A DNA stretch of 35,553 nucleotides, taken from contig JALXBF010000179.1 of the NCBI GenBank assembly GCA_026991575.1, positions 62,001 to 97,553 of the forward strand, given 5' to 3'. The position numbers were made by a program, and so were the translations under genes. The notes below the pieces were generated by a model, which made no database searches, was not told where the DNA came from, and worked only from the letters and a program-made list of their open reading frames with translations. Origin of the DNA: Planctomycetota bacterium (lineage in GTDB: Bacteria > Planctomycetota > Planctomycetia > JALXBF01). Positions 18,361 through 27,610 of this stretch are shown piece after piece; within the stretch, counting starts at the first letter, position 1, and the number at the start of each line of letters is the position of its first letter.

Positions 18361-19107
18361 CTACGGTGCCGCCGGCTGCTGGAGTGCCTGGAGCGGATCG
18401 TCCGAAGCAAGCGATTGCTTGGTCGCCTCGGTCACCGCTCGCACAATCCCTTCTCGCGGCAAGACAACCAGCACGGTGTCGTCGTCGATCAGTTCCGCCG
18501 CGACATGGCAGGCGACCCCATAGAACTTCTCGCGAAGGACGTCCGCTTCGGCGGGCTTCAGATCGACGGACCCTTCTAGCAACTCGACCGATACCCAGCT
18601 CTTGTGTTCGGCCCACAGCTTTCGCTCGTGCTCCCCTGCCGATGCAGGTAGCGGGTCGTAGTGTCCTTCGCCCACGAGTACAAGCACCGATGAATGCGCC
18701 GGCAAGCCCAGCGGCGGGTCGCTCCGCAGCAACATTAGCAGGCTAGGGCCGACGGGCTTTCCTTCTTCCCCGCCGTCGCCTCCTGCCCCCACGCCTGCCA
18801 TCGGCAAGGGCATGCCGGTGATCCGCCGTGGCTGACCATCCTCGTCGCGCCAGGCCCTACCGGCCGCGGCGATCAGCTGAGTCCGGCTCGGGCCCTTCGG
18901 ACTGCGGCTGAGCAAAACCACGGAGGCGGGGGGCTTGCGGTCCTTCTTCGGTATGATCACCCGCTCGGCACGCTCGCCATCGGTTCCGTCGCGCGCGCAG
19001 CCGGACCAGCAGATGGACAGGACGACGACAAACATGACGCTCCTAGCGATGCATGCGCCCGCTGCTACCGACTGGATCGAGTGAAACACGTCTTGTGCCT
19101 CGTACAC
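18361..19107 (-). CDS. Hypothetical protein, probable lipoprotein
   Basis: 248 aa ORF filling the gap between flanking genes. A hydrophobic stretch ends in a lipobox-like MFVVVLSICWSG-C. The true start may lie downstream of 19107. Confidence 0.6.
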   Translation of the reverse strand: MYEAQDVFHSIQSVAAGACIARSVMFVVVLSICWSGCARDGTDGERAERVIIPKKDRKPPASVVLLSRSPKGPSRTQLIAAAGRAWRDEDGQPRRITGMPLPMAGVGAGGDGGEEGKPVGPSLLMLLRSDPPLGLPAHSSVLVLVGEGHYDPLPASAGEHERKLWAEHKSWVSVELLEGSVDLKPAEADVLREKFYGVACHVAAELIDDDTVLVVLPREGIVRAVTEATKQSLASDDPLQALQQPAAP

Positions 19108-19261
19108 GGATGGTTACCAGCGTCTGCGTCCGTTGCCATGCAAACCGGACCTCACCGATTATCCTAGAGAAGTCACGGCCGGTGCGTCGCAGGCCATGGC
19201 AGGCGGCGTTGCTGGTCGGAGTGCACCGCCGCTGCTGGCGGGCCATCAGGAGGAACTCTTC

Positions 19262-20581
19262 ATGCAAACCCGTCGTGATTTCCTGAGGTTTGTTCTCGCG
19301 GGTGCTGCTGCCAGCGCCCCGACCAACTTCGGTTGGGCCCAGCAACCTGGCTCGCGCGTTCGCGCCACTTCCGGTGATCCACACGAGCCGGACTGGCAAC
19401 AGCGACTTACGGTTCAGGTGGGGCCGACGAGCGGTGACATTGTGGGCCGGGACGAGAAAGCCATCCAGGCGGCCATAGACTACGTGGCCCGGTTGGGGGG
19501 AGGAACAGTTGAGCTGTTGCCAGGCACCTACCTGCTGCGCAACGCCGTGTGGCTTCGTTCGCGTGTGCGGCTGACCGGACACGGCCTGGAGACTGTGCTC
19601 ACGCGCGGTCCGTCGGTCACTTCGCCTCTGGCAGCCGATTCGGACTGGTACGACCAGGAAATCACCATTGCCGACGCCCGTCCGTTTCAGCTGGGTGACG
19701 GTGTCCTGCTGACGGCCAAGTCTCCGGCCGGAGGCAAGGTCGTGTTGAAGCGCACACTCGTAGCCCGCTCGGGGAATCGCTTCAAACTGGACCGTCCGCT
19801 CCGCAAGAATCTGTGGGTCTCACTCGGCGCAACCGTCACCAACCTGTTCCCGCTGGTGACTGCTGAGAACGAGGCGGAGTTTACCATCGAGTCGCTGGTC
19901 TTAGACGGTAACCGAGACCAGTGTGCCAACCTGAACGGCAATTACGGCGGGTGCATCTTCCTGCAGGATTGTCGTTCCGTGCTGATCCGGGACGTGGTGG
20001 CTCGAAACTACAACGGCGATGGCATCAGCATTCAGATCTGCCACGACGTCGTGGTCGAACGGTGCCACTGCCATGACAACGCCGATCTCGGGCTCCACCC
20101 GGGATCCGGTTCGCAAAGGCCGATCCTGCGCGAGAACGTTCTGGAGCGGAACAGTATCGGGCTGTTCTGGTGCTGGGGGGTGAAGTTCGGTCTGGCCGAG
20201 AACAACCGAATCGTCGCAAACAAGTACGGCATTTCAATCGGACACAACGACACCGACAACGTCATGCGCCAGAACGAGATCAGGGCAAACGAACTGTGCG
20301 GCGTGCTGTTCCGGGACGAAAGCGGCGGCAGAGACTTCTGGCCCCATCGGAACCGGTTGGAGTCGAACCGCATTCTGGACAACGGCCCACCTGACGGGGC
20401 CGCCGTTGACATCAGGGGACCTGTCCGTGATCTGGTGCTGGTGGGCAATGAGATCCGCGAGACGCGCTCGCCAGCGCGGCGCGTGGGCATCCGCATTGGG
20501 CCGCAGGTCGGACCGCTGGTGCTGAAGAATAACCAGATCGACGGCTTCTGGCGGGCTGTGCTCGACCAGCGTTCTGGCTAG
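19262..20581 (+). CDS. Tat-exported right-handed parallel beta-helix protein (pectin-lyase-like fold)
   Basis: MQTRRDFLRF twin-arginine leader, AIQAAIDY..GGGTVELLPGTY, LDGNR and repeated N..G/N.I..N beta-helix turns; AGGAGG RBS. Confidence 0.88.
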   Translation: MQTRRDFLRFVLAGAAASAPTNFGWAQQPGSRVRATSGDPHEPDWQQRLTVQVGPTSGDIVGRDEKAIQAAIDYVARLGGGTVELLPGTYLLRNAVWLRSRVRLTGHGLETVLTRGPSVTSPLAADSDWYDQEITIADARPFQLGDGVLLTAKSPAGGKVVLKRTLVARSGNRFKLDRPLRKNLWVSLGATVTNLFPLVTAENEAEFTIESLVLDGNRDQCANLNGNYGGCIFLQDCRSVLIRDVVARNYNGDGISIQICHDVVVERCHCHDNADLGLHPGSGSQRPILRENVLERNSIGLFWCWGVKFGLAENNRIVANKYGISIGHNDTDNVMRQNEIRANELCGVLFRDESGGRDFWPHRNRLESNRILDNGPPDGAAVDIRGPVRDLVLVGNEIRETRSPARRVGIRIGPQVGPLVLKNNQIDGFWRAVLDQRSG

Positions 20582-20844
20582 CGGCCATGGGAAACAGGCG
20601 TCGCCGGCAGCTCCCGCTCCGACCGGGCTTCCTACGAGGCACATCCAGTACTGCCATGCTGGTAGCGGATCGGCCCAGGCACGGTTCCTTCAGCCAGAAG
20701 GCGTGCGGAACGTTTCGATGAGCAAAGCGACCCTCCGCTGCCTACGCAGGTCGCCACCTACTGCGAACACGAGCAAGCTAGCCGACCGGCCCGCTCCAGC
20801 ACCGCACGGCGTGCACCCTGTCGGGAAGTACAGGCCGGTCGAAC

Positions 20845-20918
20845 TGGGCCTGGAGGGACTCGAACCCCCAACCGTCGGATTATGAGTCCGCTGCTCTAAC
20901 CAATTGAGCTACAGGCCC
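20845..20918 (-). tRNA. tRNA with CAT anticodon, most likely tRNA-Ile2 (lysidine-modified); CCA not encoded
   Basis: GGGCCTGTAGCTCAATTGGTTAGAGCAGCGGACTCATAATCCGACGGTTGGGGGTTCGAGTCCCTCCAGGCCCA. It has a perfect 7-bp acceptor stem, a D arm, the anticodon loop CTCATAA and a GTTCGA T loop. It lacks initiator features (no C1 mismatch, no three consecutive G-C pairs in the anticodon stem). Confidence 0.95.
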
Positions 20919-20932
20919 GCGATGTCAGTCCT

Positions 20933-20938
20933 ATTCTA
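20933..20938 (-). promoter_or_regulatory. Sigma70-type -10 box for the tRNA
   Basis: TAGAAT on the minus strand, 14 nt upstream of tRNA G1; no clear -35. Confidence 0.45.
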
Positions 20939-21361
20939 TGGACCGCGACCTCCACACGCGACCCGGTACGCCGTGAGGGGGCTGCTTCGGCTCGTGCAAG
21001 CGGCATGATCGTGCGCGGCAGCGGCAGCACTTCGTTACGTTGGGGACGCCAACGGACGGCAGCGATGCGCAGCAGTCCGCCGAGTAACGGGGGCGCACGG
21101 GCGAACGGGCGAGTCCGGTGATGCGGGGCACGGCTGATCGCCCTTAACAGAGTCCGTTGTTCCCCGTATGCGCCTCACCGGGGTCAGCCGCGGTGCGCGC
21201 CCGGGCTGCGGTTGCTGTGCCCGCTGCCACTTGGGCCTCGGTAAGCGACGTCACGATGTGCTATCATCGGTGGCTCCGCCTCTGCCCAGCGAGGGCAGCA
21301 GTGCGCGACCGGTTACCCCTGGCCGTGCGGGCATTGCTCACCTGAACGCAAGGCAACCATC

Positions 21362-22936
21362 ATGGCAACGACGATTTCACGCCGCTCGTTCCTGGCGACG
21401 ACAGTCGGTGCCGGCGTTGCTGTTTCCCAGCCAGGTCAGGTATCTGCCGACGGAGGGAACAAGCCGATAGACATCGGCTGCCGTTTGGAGCTTTTCGTGG
21501 ACGATTACCTTGTCGGTCAGCTCCGCGGTGCCCGCCGGGTCTTGCATCACCCGGCTCCGGCGGAGCTGGTGATCGAACACGACGCTCCCTGGGAAGGCAG
21601 CGGCTCCGGGTACCACTCCGTTTTCCAAGACGGCTCACTTTATCGGATGTACTACAAGGCGTGGCACCTGGAGGTGGGGCGGGGCAGGCTGCGTACTTCG
21701 GCCCATCCGCTGTATTGCTGCTACGCTGAGAGCCGCGACGGCATCCACTGGGAAAAGCCGAAGCTGGGACTGGTCAGCTTCCGCGGCAGTCGGGCTAACA
21801 ACATCGTCATGGCATACGGCCGCGTGGGAAGCGTCGTGGTTGACCCCGGGCATCCGGCCGTGTTTCGGGACGAGAACCCGGCAGCTCCGGACGATGCCCG
21901 CTACAAGGCGATTTTCCGGTCAGCCCGGCCCCACGGCCTTCTGGCGTTCCAGTCGGACGACGGACTGCACTGGAAGCTGATGGTAGAGAGGCCGATTATC
22001 ACGGCTGGCGCGTTCGATTCCCAGAACCTGGCCTTCTGGGATCCGGTGCTTGGCAGGTACCGCGCATACTGGAGGATCTTCACGGCGGGTACGACCACCG
22101 GCAAGACGTGGCGTCCAAGCGGCTACCGGGCGATTCGGATGGCCACTTCGGAAGACTTCATACGCTGGGGCCAACACACCGACCTCCGGTACAAGAATTC
22201 GCCCCAGGAGCACCTGTACACGAATCAGATCAAGCCCTACTACCGGGCTCCTCACATCCTGATTGGCTTCCCCACGCGTTACATCGAACGCGGTTGGTCC
22301 CCCTCGATGGAAGCGTTGCCCGAATTGTCGCACCGCAGACTGCGTGCCTCCGCGAACCCTCGTTATGGCACGGCGCTAACCGAGGGGCTGCTCATGGCCA
22401 GCCGCGACGGGGTGCTGTTCGAACGGTGGAACGAAGCGTTCTTGCGTCCCGGTATCGAACGACCCGGTACGTGGAACTACGGCCAGCAGTACATTGCCTG
22501 GCACCTGGTTGAGACGCGCTCGCCGCTGCCCGGTGCTCCGCCCGAACTGTCGCTCTACGCCACTGAGAGCTACTGGACCGGGAAAGGCAGCGCGCTGCGG
22601 CGGTACCGCCTTCGCATTGACGGTTTTGTCTCCGTCCAGGCACCTCTCTCAGGGGGTGTCCTCGTTACGAAACCGATTCGCTTCCGCGGCCGCGAGCTAG
22701 TGGTGAACTTCGCCACGTCCGCTGCCGGCGGGATCCGGGTCCAGATCGAAGACCTGGACGGCCATCCGCACCGGGGCTTCGCACTACAAGACTGCGCGGT
22801 CCTGTTCGGCGATACGCTGGAACGAACCGTGGTGTGGCGCGGAAGTCCTGACGTCAGTCGGCTGGCGGGTCAGCCGGTACGTCTTCGCTTCGAGCTACGC
22901 GACGCTGACCTTTACTCGTTCCGGTTTCGTAGCTAG
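21362..22936 (+). CDS. Tat-exported putative beta-propeller glycoside-hydrolase-like protein (GH32/43/68-like fold), function unknown
   Basis: SRRSFLA twin-arginine leader; RLELFVDDYL; repeated Asp-box-like motifs (AESRDGIHW, SDDGLHW, TSEDFIRW, ASRDGVLF); C-terminal LRIDGFVS..LRFELRDADLYSFRF beta-sandwich. Confidence 0.8.
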   Translation: MATTISRRSFLATTVGAGVAVSQPGQVSADGGNKPIDIGCRLELFVDDYLVGQLRGARRVLHHPAPAELVIEHDAPWEGSGSGYHSVFQDGSLYRMYYKAWHLEVGRGRLRTSAHPLYCCYAESRDGIHWEKPKLGLVSFRGSRANNIVMAYGRVGSVVVDPGHPAVFRDENPAAPDDARYKAIFRSARPHGLLAFQSDDGLHWKLMVERPIITAGAFDSQNLAFWDPVLGRYRAYWRIFTAGTTTGKTWRPSGYRAIRMATSEDFIRWGQHTDLRYKNSPQEHLYTNQIKPYYRAPHILIGFPTRYIERGWSPSMEALPELSHRRLRASANPRYGTALTEGLLMASRDGVLFERWNEAFLRPGIERPGTWNYGQQYIAWHLVETRSPLPGAPPELSLYATESYWTGKGSALRRYRLRIDGFVSVQAPLSGGVLVTKPIRFRGRELVVNFATSAAGGIRVQIEDLDGHPHRGFALQDCAVLFGDTLERTVVWRGSPDVSRLAGQPVRLRFELRDADLYSFRFRS

Positions 22937-23042
22937 CGGCCGGCTGCCAGAATTGACCACAGAACACCGCCATGCCACGCCCGGAGCAACCGGCCGCGGC
23001 AGAAGGCCGAGACCGTGTATGGCAGGGGTAATCCGGTGCGGC

Positions 23043-23438
23043 TCAGCCCTTCAGCGCCCGGAGCCAGCGGTAGAGCCGGTCGCGCGTGACACCGTAGGTT
23101 GCCAGTGTGTCCCAATCCCACCCCCCCTCACGGAATCTGGAGAATGCCTGCTTTAAGTGCGACCGTTTCCCTGGCTCGCATTGCTCGTTGGCTTTCACCT
23201 GGGCGGCAGCAAGGTGGATCAGGCCGCTGAGCAGCTTTCGTGTTCGGCGGTCCCGGCTGACGAGCCAGAGCTGTTCCAGCACAACATGTGCCTCCCAGCC
23301 AGCTCCATCATCAAGCCAGCGAAGTGCGCAGGCAAAGGGCGCTGACTGGGGCAGGTGCCTGAGGCACTCTTCGGCGGTTGTCCCGGCAAAGGCTGCCTGC
23401 AGCAGCATCTGTTCATCGCGTCGCTCGCGTCCGCGCAT
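23043..23438 (-). CDS. DUF309 domain protein
   Basis: WEAHVVLEQLW and GLIHLAAAQVK match the DUF309 pattern (F/WEAHEvLE..W ... GLIQ.AA). Confidence 0.75.
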   Translation of the reverse strand: MRGRERRDEQMLLQAAFAGTTAEECLRHLPQSAPFACALRWLDDGAGWEAHVVLEQLWLVSRDRRTRKLLSGLIHLAAAQVKANEQCEPGKRSHLKQAFSRFREGGWDWDTLATYGVTRDRLYRWLRALKG

Positions 23439-23832
23439 GGCAACCCTTCCTGTCGGCGTTCTCCTTCATAGGTCAGGATACGGCGGTTGCGCCGGGAGGG
23501 TTGGTCGCTGTGAGCGTTTGCGTTGTCACGGGCTGCGCGCGGTCATCGTCACTTCCGCTGGAGGCCGCGCGCGGAGACCGATTTGCGTCAGGATGCCTCC
23601 AGACACGTCGTCGGCAACGATCAGCTTCCGCCGGGCACTGGTAACTACAGGCTGCACGAACCCGCAGACGATGCACCGTATCCGCTTCGGCCAACTGCCC
23701 CGCCGGGGGCTGAGCGCCGGGGCGGGGGCTCTGGGGCAGTGGTTGGGACCGGCTGTGGTCGCGCGTGGTATCGTTTAGGTAGGGCGAGTGCCTTCATTGA
23801 CGTATGGGCAGTACCAGGCGGTAGGCTGGCTA

Positions 23833-24786
23833 ATGGCCGACCAGACTAGACAATCAGAAGGCGTACTCGTCGACCGGCGTTACGCCACGAGCGAGGTGCG
23901 CCGTGTTGTGCGGGACGATGGGGTTTTCTACGTCAAACGGTACGGGGCTGTCGATTCGGCCCTGAGTACCGAGTCCGTGCAGCAGAAGCTCCGCCGGGAG
24001 CTACGCCTGGTGAAGCTCATGCAGCAGAGTCCGCCGCCGTCACCGCGACTTGGGCTGGTGGACGTGGTGGAGACCGATATCGCCGGGCTAACGATCGTGA
24101 CCCGAGAGGTTCCCGGGCGACCGCTGCAGGAGATCTTGCTGGAGGGGCGCGCGGACCGCGATACGCTGCTGGCACTGTTTTTGGCCGGGCGCTGGCTCCG
24201 CTGGTTCCAGTCGCTATCGTTCAGCGAAGAGGACCTTCAGGATCGTTCGGCCAGCGATCCATTGGACCTGGTGGAGTACTGCGCGATCCGTCTGGCAAAG
24301 CTGCGTGAGTCGAAGTACATCTGGCCGGACGAGGCAGAGGAGCGCCAAGTGCTCCGTGCGCTGCGTGCGTTGGTTGACGAGGCCGATCCAGACCTGCTCC
24401 GCCTCACATGGATTCATGCGGATTATGCCCCGCCTAACATCCTCTGGGATGGTCACACGCTAACTCCGCTGGATTTCACCATGGCCCACGTTGGCGTGGG
24501 CTTGGTGGACGTCACACACTTGATCCATCGGATCGAGATGTTTGCGGTGTACTTTCCATGGCGCCGCTGGCCGGTGGATCGGTGGCGCGCTGCTGTATTG
24601 CGTGGTTATGGTCGGCCCGACCTGGCCGACACGGCAGCCTACCGCGCGGTGATGGTACGCCACCACCTTTGTCGCCTGCTGACCTACGTGCGTCGGCAGC
24701 CCCATAGCCTCAAAAGCGCGATCCACAACAGTTACGTTCGGAGCCGTGTCCGTCACCACTTGCTCTGCCTGCTTGGGCTCCGCTAG
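23833..24786 (+). CDS. APH/choline-kinase-like phosphotransferase
   Basis: FYVK (ATP-binding Lys), IHADYAPPNIL (Brenner HxDxxxxN) and LDF motifs. Alternative start at GTG 23788. Confidence 0.8.
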   Translation: MADQTRQSEGVLVDRRYATSEVRRVVRDDGVFYVKRYGAVDSALSTESVQQKLRRELRLVKLMQQSPPPSPRLGLVDVVETDIAGLTIVTREVPGRPLQEILLEGRADRDTLLALFLAGRWLRWFQSLSFSEEDLQDRSASDPLDLVEYCAIRLAKLRESKYIWPDEAEERQVLRALRALVDEADPDLLRLTWIHADYAPPNILWDGHTLTPLDFTMAHVGVGLVDVTHLIHRIEMFAVYFPWRRWPVDRWRAAVLRGYGRPDLADTAAYRAVMVRHHLCRLLTYVRRQPHSLKSAIHNSYVRSRVRHHLLCLLGLR

Positions 24787-26609
24787 CAGCGCTCGGGGCT
24801 GCCCTGCGGGCTGGCCTTGAGAACCACCCGGCGCACCTCGTTCAGCGTCCGCTCGACGTCGACCGCTTCCGTGTGCAGCAGTGTGCCCAGGGTAAGTTCC
24901 GTCGGCACGGCACGGACCCGACGCAGATAGCCGGCGCCTGCGGCCACCAGCACGTCGTACGTCTCCGGGTACTCGCTGAGCAAAAGCGCTACGGGCGTGC
25001 GCTCGTCAACCTTGCCTTTCTTGAGCCGTGCCAGCTCACCGGGCCAGAACGTCCGCAGCACCATGGCCAGGAACAGTACCAGCGCAGCCCAGCTGAGCAC
25101 AGCCGACAAGGCGACCCCCCACACAGCGCCGGCCCACGCCAGTACCGCTAAGTCGGCCGCCACACGGATGGCAACGCTGAGAACTAGCAGCACGTAGGTG
25201 GGCGCGGCCAGACGCGGCCACTGCAGCACGCGGTGCTCGAGCATCGGCACCAAGCGGCTGCCCACGCCGACGATCATTGCGGTGACGAAGCCCAGGGTCA
25301 GGGCATGGCGGGCGGCGTCGTACAGCGGCAGTGGTGCGGCCTGTGGCCAGTACGTCTGTCGGGCAAACTCACTCATCGAGTCGTCCGTCACCTCCACGAT
25401 GCCGGCAACGATCAACAGCATGACTCCGACACCGAGGAAGACAAACGCTCCCGCTACCAGCCACGCCGCAGGCCGCGGCCCCTGCTCCGGCCGTGTTGAG
25501 CCCGAACGTGGCCGACGCAATCGCGGTAGGGCGTGCAGGTAGCAGCCCCAGGCGCCTGCCAGGCCGGTGGCTGCCAACAGCGTTGTCGCCTGCCATCCGG
25601 CAAGTCGCCCGGTGACCAGGATCAACGTGCTCGCCGAGAGCAGCACCACGGCCGCAAGGCCCCACCGGGCCCGTACGGGAGCCCCAACGATCGGCGGCAG
25701 GATGCGTAGTCCGAACCCAAAGATGCAGTGGAACACGAAACCGGCCAGCAGCAACTCCGACCAGAGCAGCCTCAGCCCCGGCGAAAAGTTGCCCGGCCCG
25801 GCCGGGTACCGCACAACGGCGGCCACAGCCAGCCCGGCTGCGAGCACGAGCCAGGCACACGCCAGGGCCAGAGCGGCCGACCAAGCCTGCGGCTTGGCAA
25901 ACGGTTCCGCGTAACGGACAAAGAGTAGCCCGATCCAGCCAGCGGCAAGCAACAGGGCCACGGAGCCGGTGATCCCGAGACTGAAGAGGCGTTCCGGTCC
26001 TTCGCACCAGGCCGTTACCGCGACGGTACCGATCAATAGCAGTGCCAGGAGTGCGTGCCGCTGCCAGCTGGCCAGAGGCCGACGCGCCGTGGCCATAGGT
26101 AACCAGCGAAGCGCGATGCCGACGATGAATGGAACCACGAACCCCCAGAGCTGCAGGGTCGCGTGAGCGAGCGCATGCCGGAGCGGCACGCCGCCGAATC
26201 CCGGTTGCGCTGTCTCCTTGACGGTTGCCGGCAGCAAGTCACGCTCGAGTCTCGGCAGCCCGTGCCCGACGTCCGCTGCTGCTCCCGTGGTCGGTGCCAC
26301 TAGTAGCCAGGCCATCCACACGCCGAGCAGCCCTCCGGCGAAGGCACCGATCGTTAACGCAGCGGTGAGGAAAGGACGATGTGCTGTTGGGCTGCTCTGG
26401 TCGACGGGCCAGCCGGCGGCTTCGGACAGTTCGGCTAGCAGCCGCGACAGGGACACGCCTGCCAGACGCGCGGCACGATCCAGTGGAAGAATGGGGCCGT
26501 ACGGTGGCTTGTCAGCCGGGATGCCGTAGCGTAGGAACACGCCGCGCGTGGCCGGGCAATCGTGTGCCAGCTGCCGGACGGTCATCTCCGGTCGGATCGT
26601 GCGCCTCAT
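24783..26609 (-). CDS. NnrS-like polytopic membrane protein flanked by DUF1858-like domains
   Basis: About 11-12 hydrophobic segments with His-containing motifs AHATLQLWGFV and RHALTLGFVTAMIVG. The terminal domains IRPEMTVRQL..CPATRGVFLRYG and VDERTPVALLLSEYPETYDVLVAAG resemble each other and DUF1858/ScdA_N. Confidence 0.7.
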   Translation of the reverse strand: MRRTIRPEMTVRQLAHDCPATRGVFLRYGIPADKPPYGPILPLDRAARLAGVSLSRLLAELSEAAGWPVDQSSPTAHRPFLTAALTIGAFAGGLLGVWMAWLLVAPTTGAAADVGHGLPRLERDLLPATVKETAQPGFGGVPLRHALAHATLQLWGFVVPFIVGIALRWLPMATARRPLASWQRHALLALLLIGTVAVTAWCEGPERLFSLGITGSVALLLAAGWIGLLFVRYAEPFAKPQAWSAALALACAWLVLAAGLAVAAVVRYPAGPGNFSPGLRLLWSELLLAGFVFHCIFGFGLRILPPIVGAPVRARWGLAAVVLLSASTLILVTGRLAGWQATTLLAATGLAGAWGCYLHALPRLRRPRSGSTRPEQGPRPAAWLVAGAFVFLGVGVMLLIVAGIVEVTDDSMSEFARQTYWPQAAPLPLYDAARHALTLGFVTAMIVGVGSRLVPMLEHRVLQWPRLAAPTYVLLVLSVAIRVAADLAVLAWAGAVWGVALSAVLSWAALVLFLAMVLRTFWPGELARLKKGKVDERTPVALLLSEYPETYDVLVAAGAGYLRRVRAVPTELTLGTLLHTEAVDVERTLNEVRRVVLKASPQGSPERC

Positions 26610-27610
26610 ACGTCGCTGCGCGCTTTTTCGTTACGAAGTGCTTCGAGCACCCGGTCATGGATAAGGCCATTGGTTGCCACGACGCCACGGTTCCGCTCCA
26701 GGCGCGGCCCGCACCGGAAGTCCAGCGGTCTGCCGTCGATGTCGGTCACGCGGCCACCTGCTTGCTGCAGCACCAGCATTCCTGCCGCATGGTCCCAGAT
26801 CTTCTCACGGTAGTCGGCTCGGGTGGGCAGGCGGAGGTAGAGATCGGCGTCGCCGCGGGCAACCAGGGCGTACTTTGCCTGGCTGTCCACCCGGATGCTG
26901 TCGGCTGCGGTACCCAGCGCCTGGCCAACGCGTGCGGCAAGGTCGTGTGCCGTGTGCGCGGCTTCTACCGATTCACACACCCTCAGCGCTGCGCCCTCGG
27001 TTCGTGTGCTCACGTGCACGAGCGTGCGCCGGTCGAGTGCCGTCAGCGGGGCCATGAAGGTCTGCTCTCCGGCGGTGGCTGCCAGCAGCACGCCGCTGCC
27101 CGGTTCAGTGGGCTGGACGCCGGCGGCCGGCAGGTTCGGGCACGCAAGGCCGCCGACCACGACGTTTCCGTCCTCTAGCAACGCTAAAGCGATCGCGTAC
27201 TGTTGGCCGCGGAGAAAGCCTTTGGTGCCGTCGATCGGGTCGAGCACCCAGCATCGGCCCGCGCCGCCGCCACGTGCGTCGCCGCGATCGATCCACGCCC
27301 GGACTGCCGGTAGCGAAGCTCCAGGGAACGCGTAGCGCACGAAGTGAAGGACCCGCTCGGCTAGTTCCTTTCCCCCCTCGCTGTCCAGCGGGGCGGTCGT
27401 CTCCTCGGCGATCAGCAGGTCGTTAGGAAAGTGTTCCTGGAGGATGGCGCCAACAACGGCCTGGGCGGCCAGGTCCGCGACGGTCACCGGGCTACGGTCG
27501 GCCTTGTCCACCCGCGTGGCTGCGTCCTCCATTTGCACAGCGGCACAGATCCGTGCCGCGACGCTCAGCGCCTCGAGCGCAACGTTGAGCTCCTCGGCTC
27601 GCTCGCTCAT
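26606..27610 (-). CDS. 3'(2'),5'-bisphosphate nucleotidase, HAL2-type (inositol monophosphatase superfamily)
   Basis: KADRSPVTVADLAAQA, IAEE, WVLDPIDGTKGFLRGQQYAIALAL, DSQAKY and YREKIWDHAAG motifs. Start set at MSERAEEL, which has a GGAG RBS. Confidence 0.92.
   Translation of the reverse strand: MSERAEELNVALEALSVAARICAAVQMEDAATRVDKADRSPVTVADLAAQAVVGAILQEHFPNDLLIAEETTAPLDSEGGKELAERVLHFVRYAFPGASLPAVRAWIDRGDARGGGAGRCWVLDPIDGTKGFLRGQQYAIALALLEDGNVVVGGLACPNLPAAGVQPTEPGSGVLLAATAGEQTFMAPLTALDRRTLVHVSTRTEGAALRVCESVEAAHTAHDLAARVGQALGTAADSIRVDSQAKYALVARGDADLYLRLPTRADYREKIWDHAAGMLVLQQAGGRVTDIDGRPLDFRCGPRLERNRGVVATNGLIHDRVLEALRNEKARSDV

Noticed and set aside
18334..20854. 10-bp direct repeat TGGGCCTGGA (18334-18343) of the tRNA 3' end (20845-20854), a possible att site bounding a 2.5-kb islet
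   Set aside because: It is too short to exceed chance in GC-rich DNA, it lies inside the ArnT-like CDS, and there is no integrase or evident compositional shift.
20845..20918. Calling the CAT tRNA an initiator or elongator tRNA-Met
   Set aside because: It lacks initiator hallmarks, and the GGGCCTG acceptor and overall sequence resemble Ile2 tRNAs. Elongator Met is not fully excluded without tRNAscan-SE isotype models.
23439..23832. Short ORFs in the DUF309-kinase gap (23473..23694, 23378..23644, 23523..23849)
   Set aside because: Arg/Pro/Ala-rich translations with no motifs or RBS; more likely a divergent promoter region.
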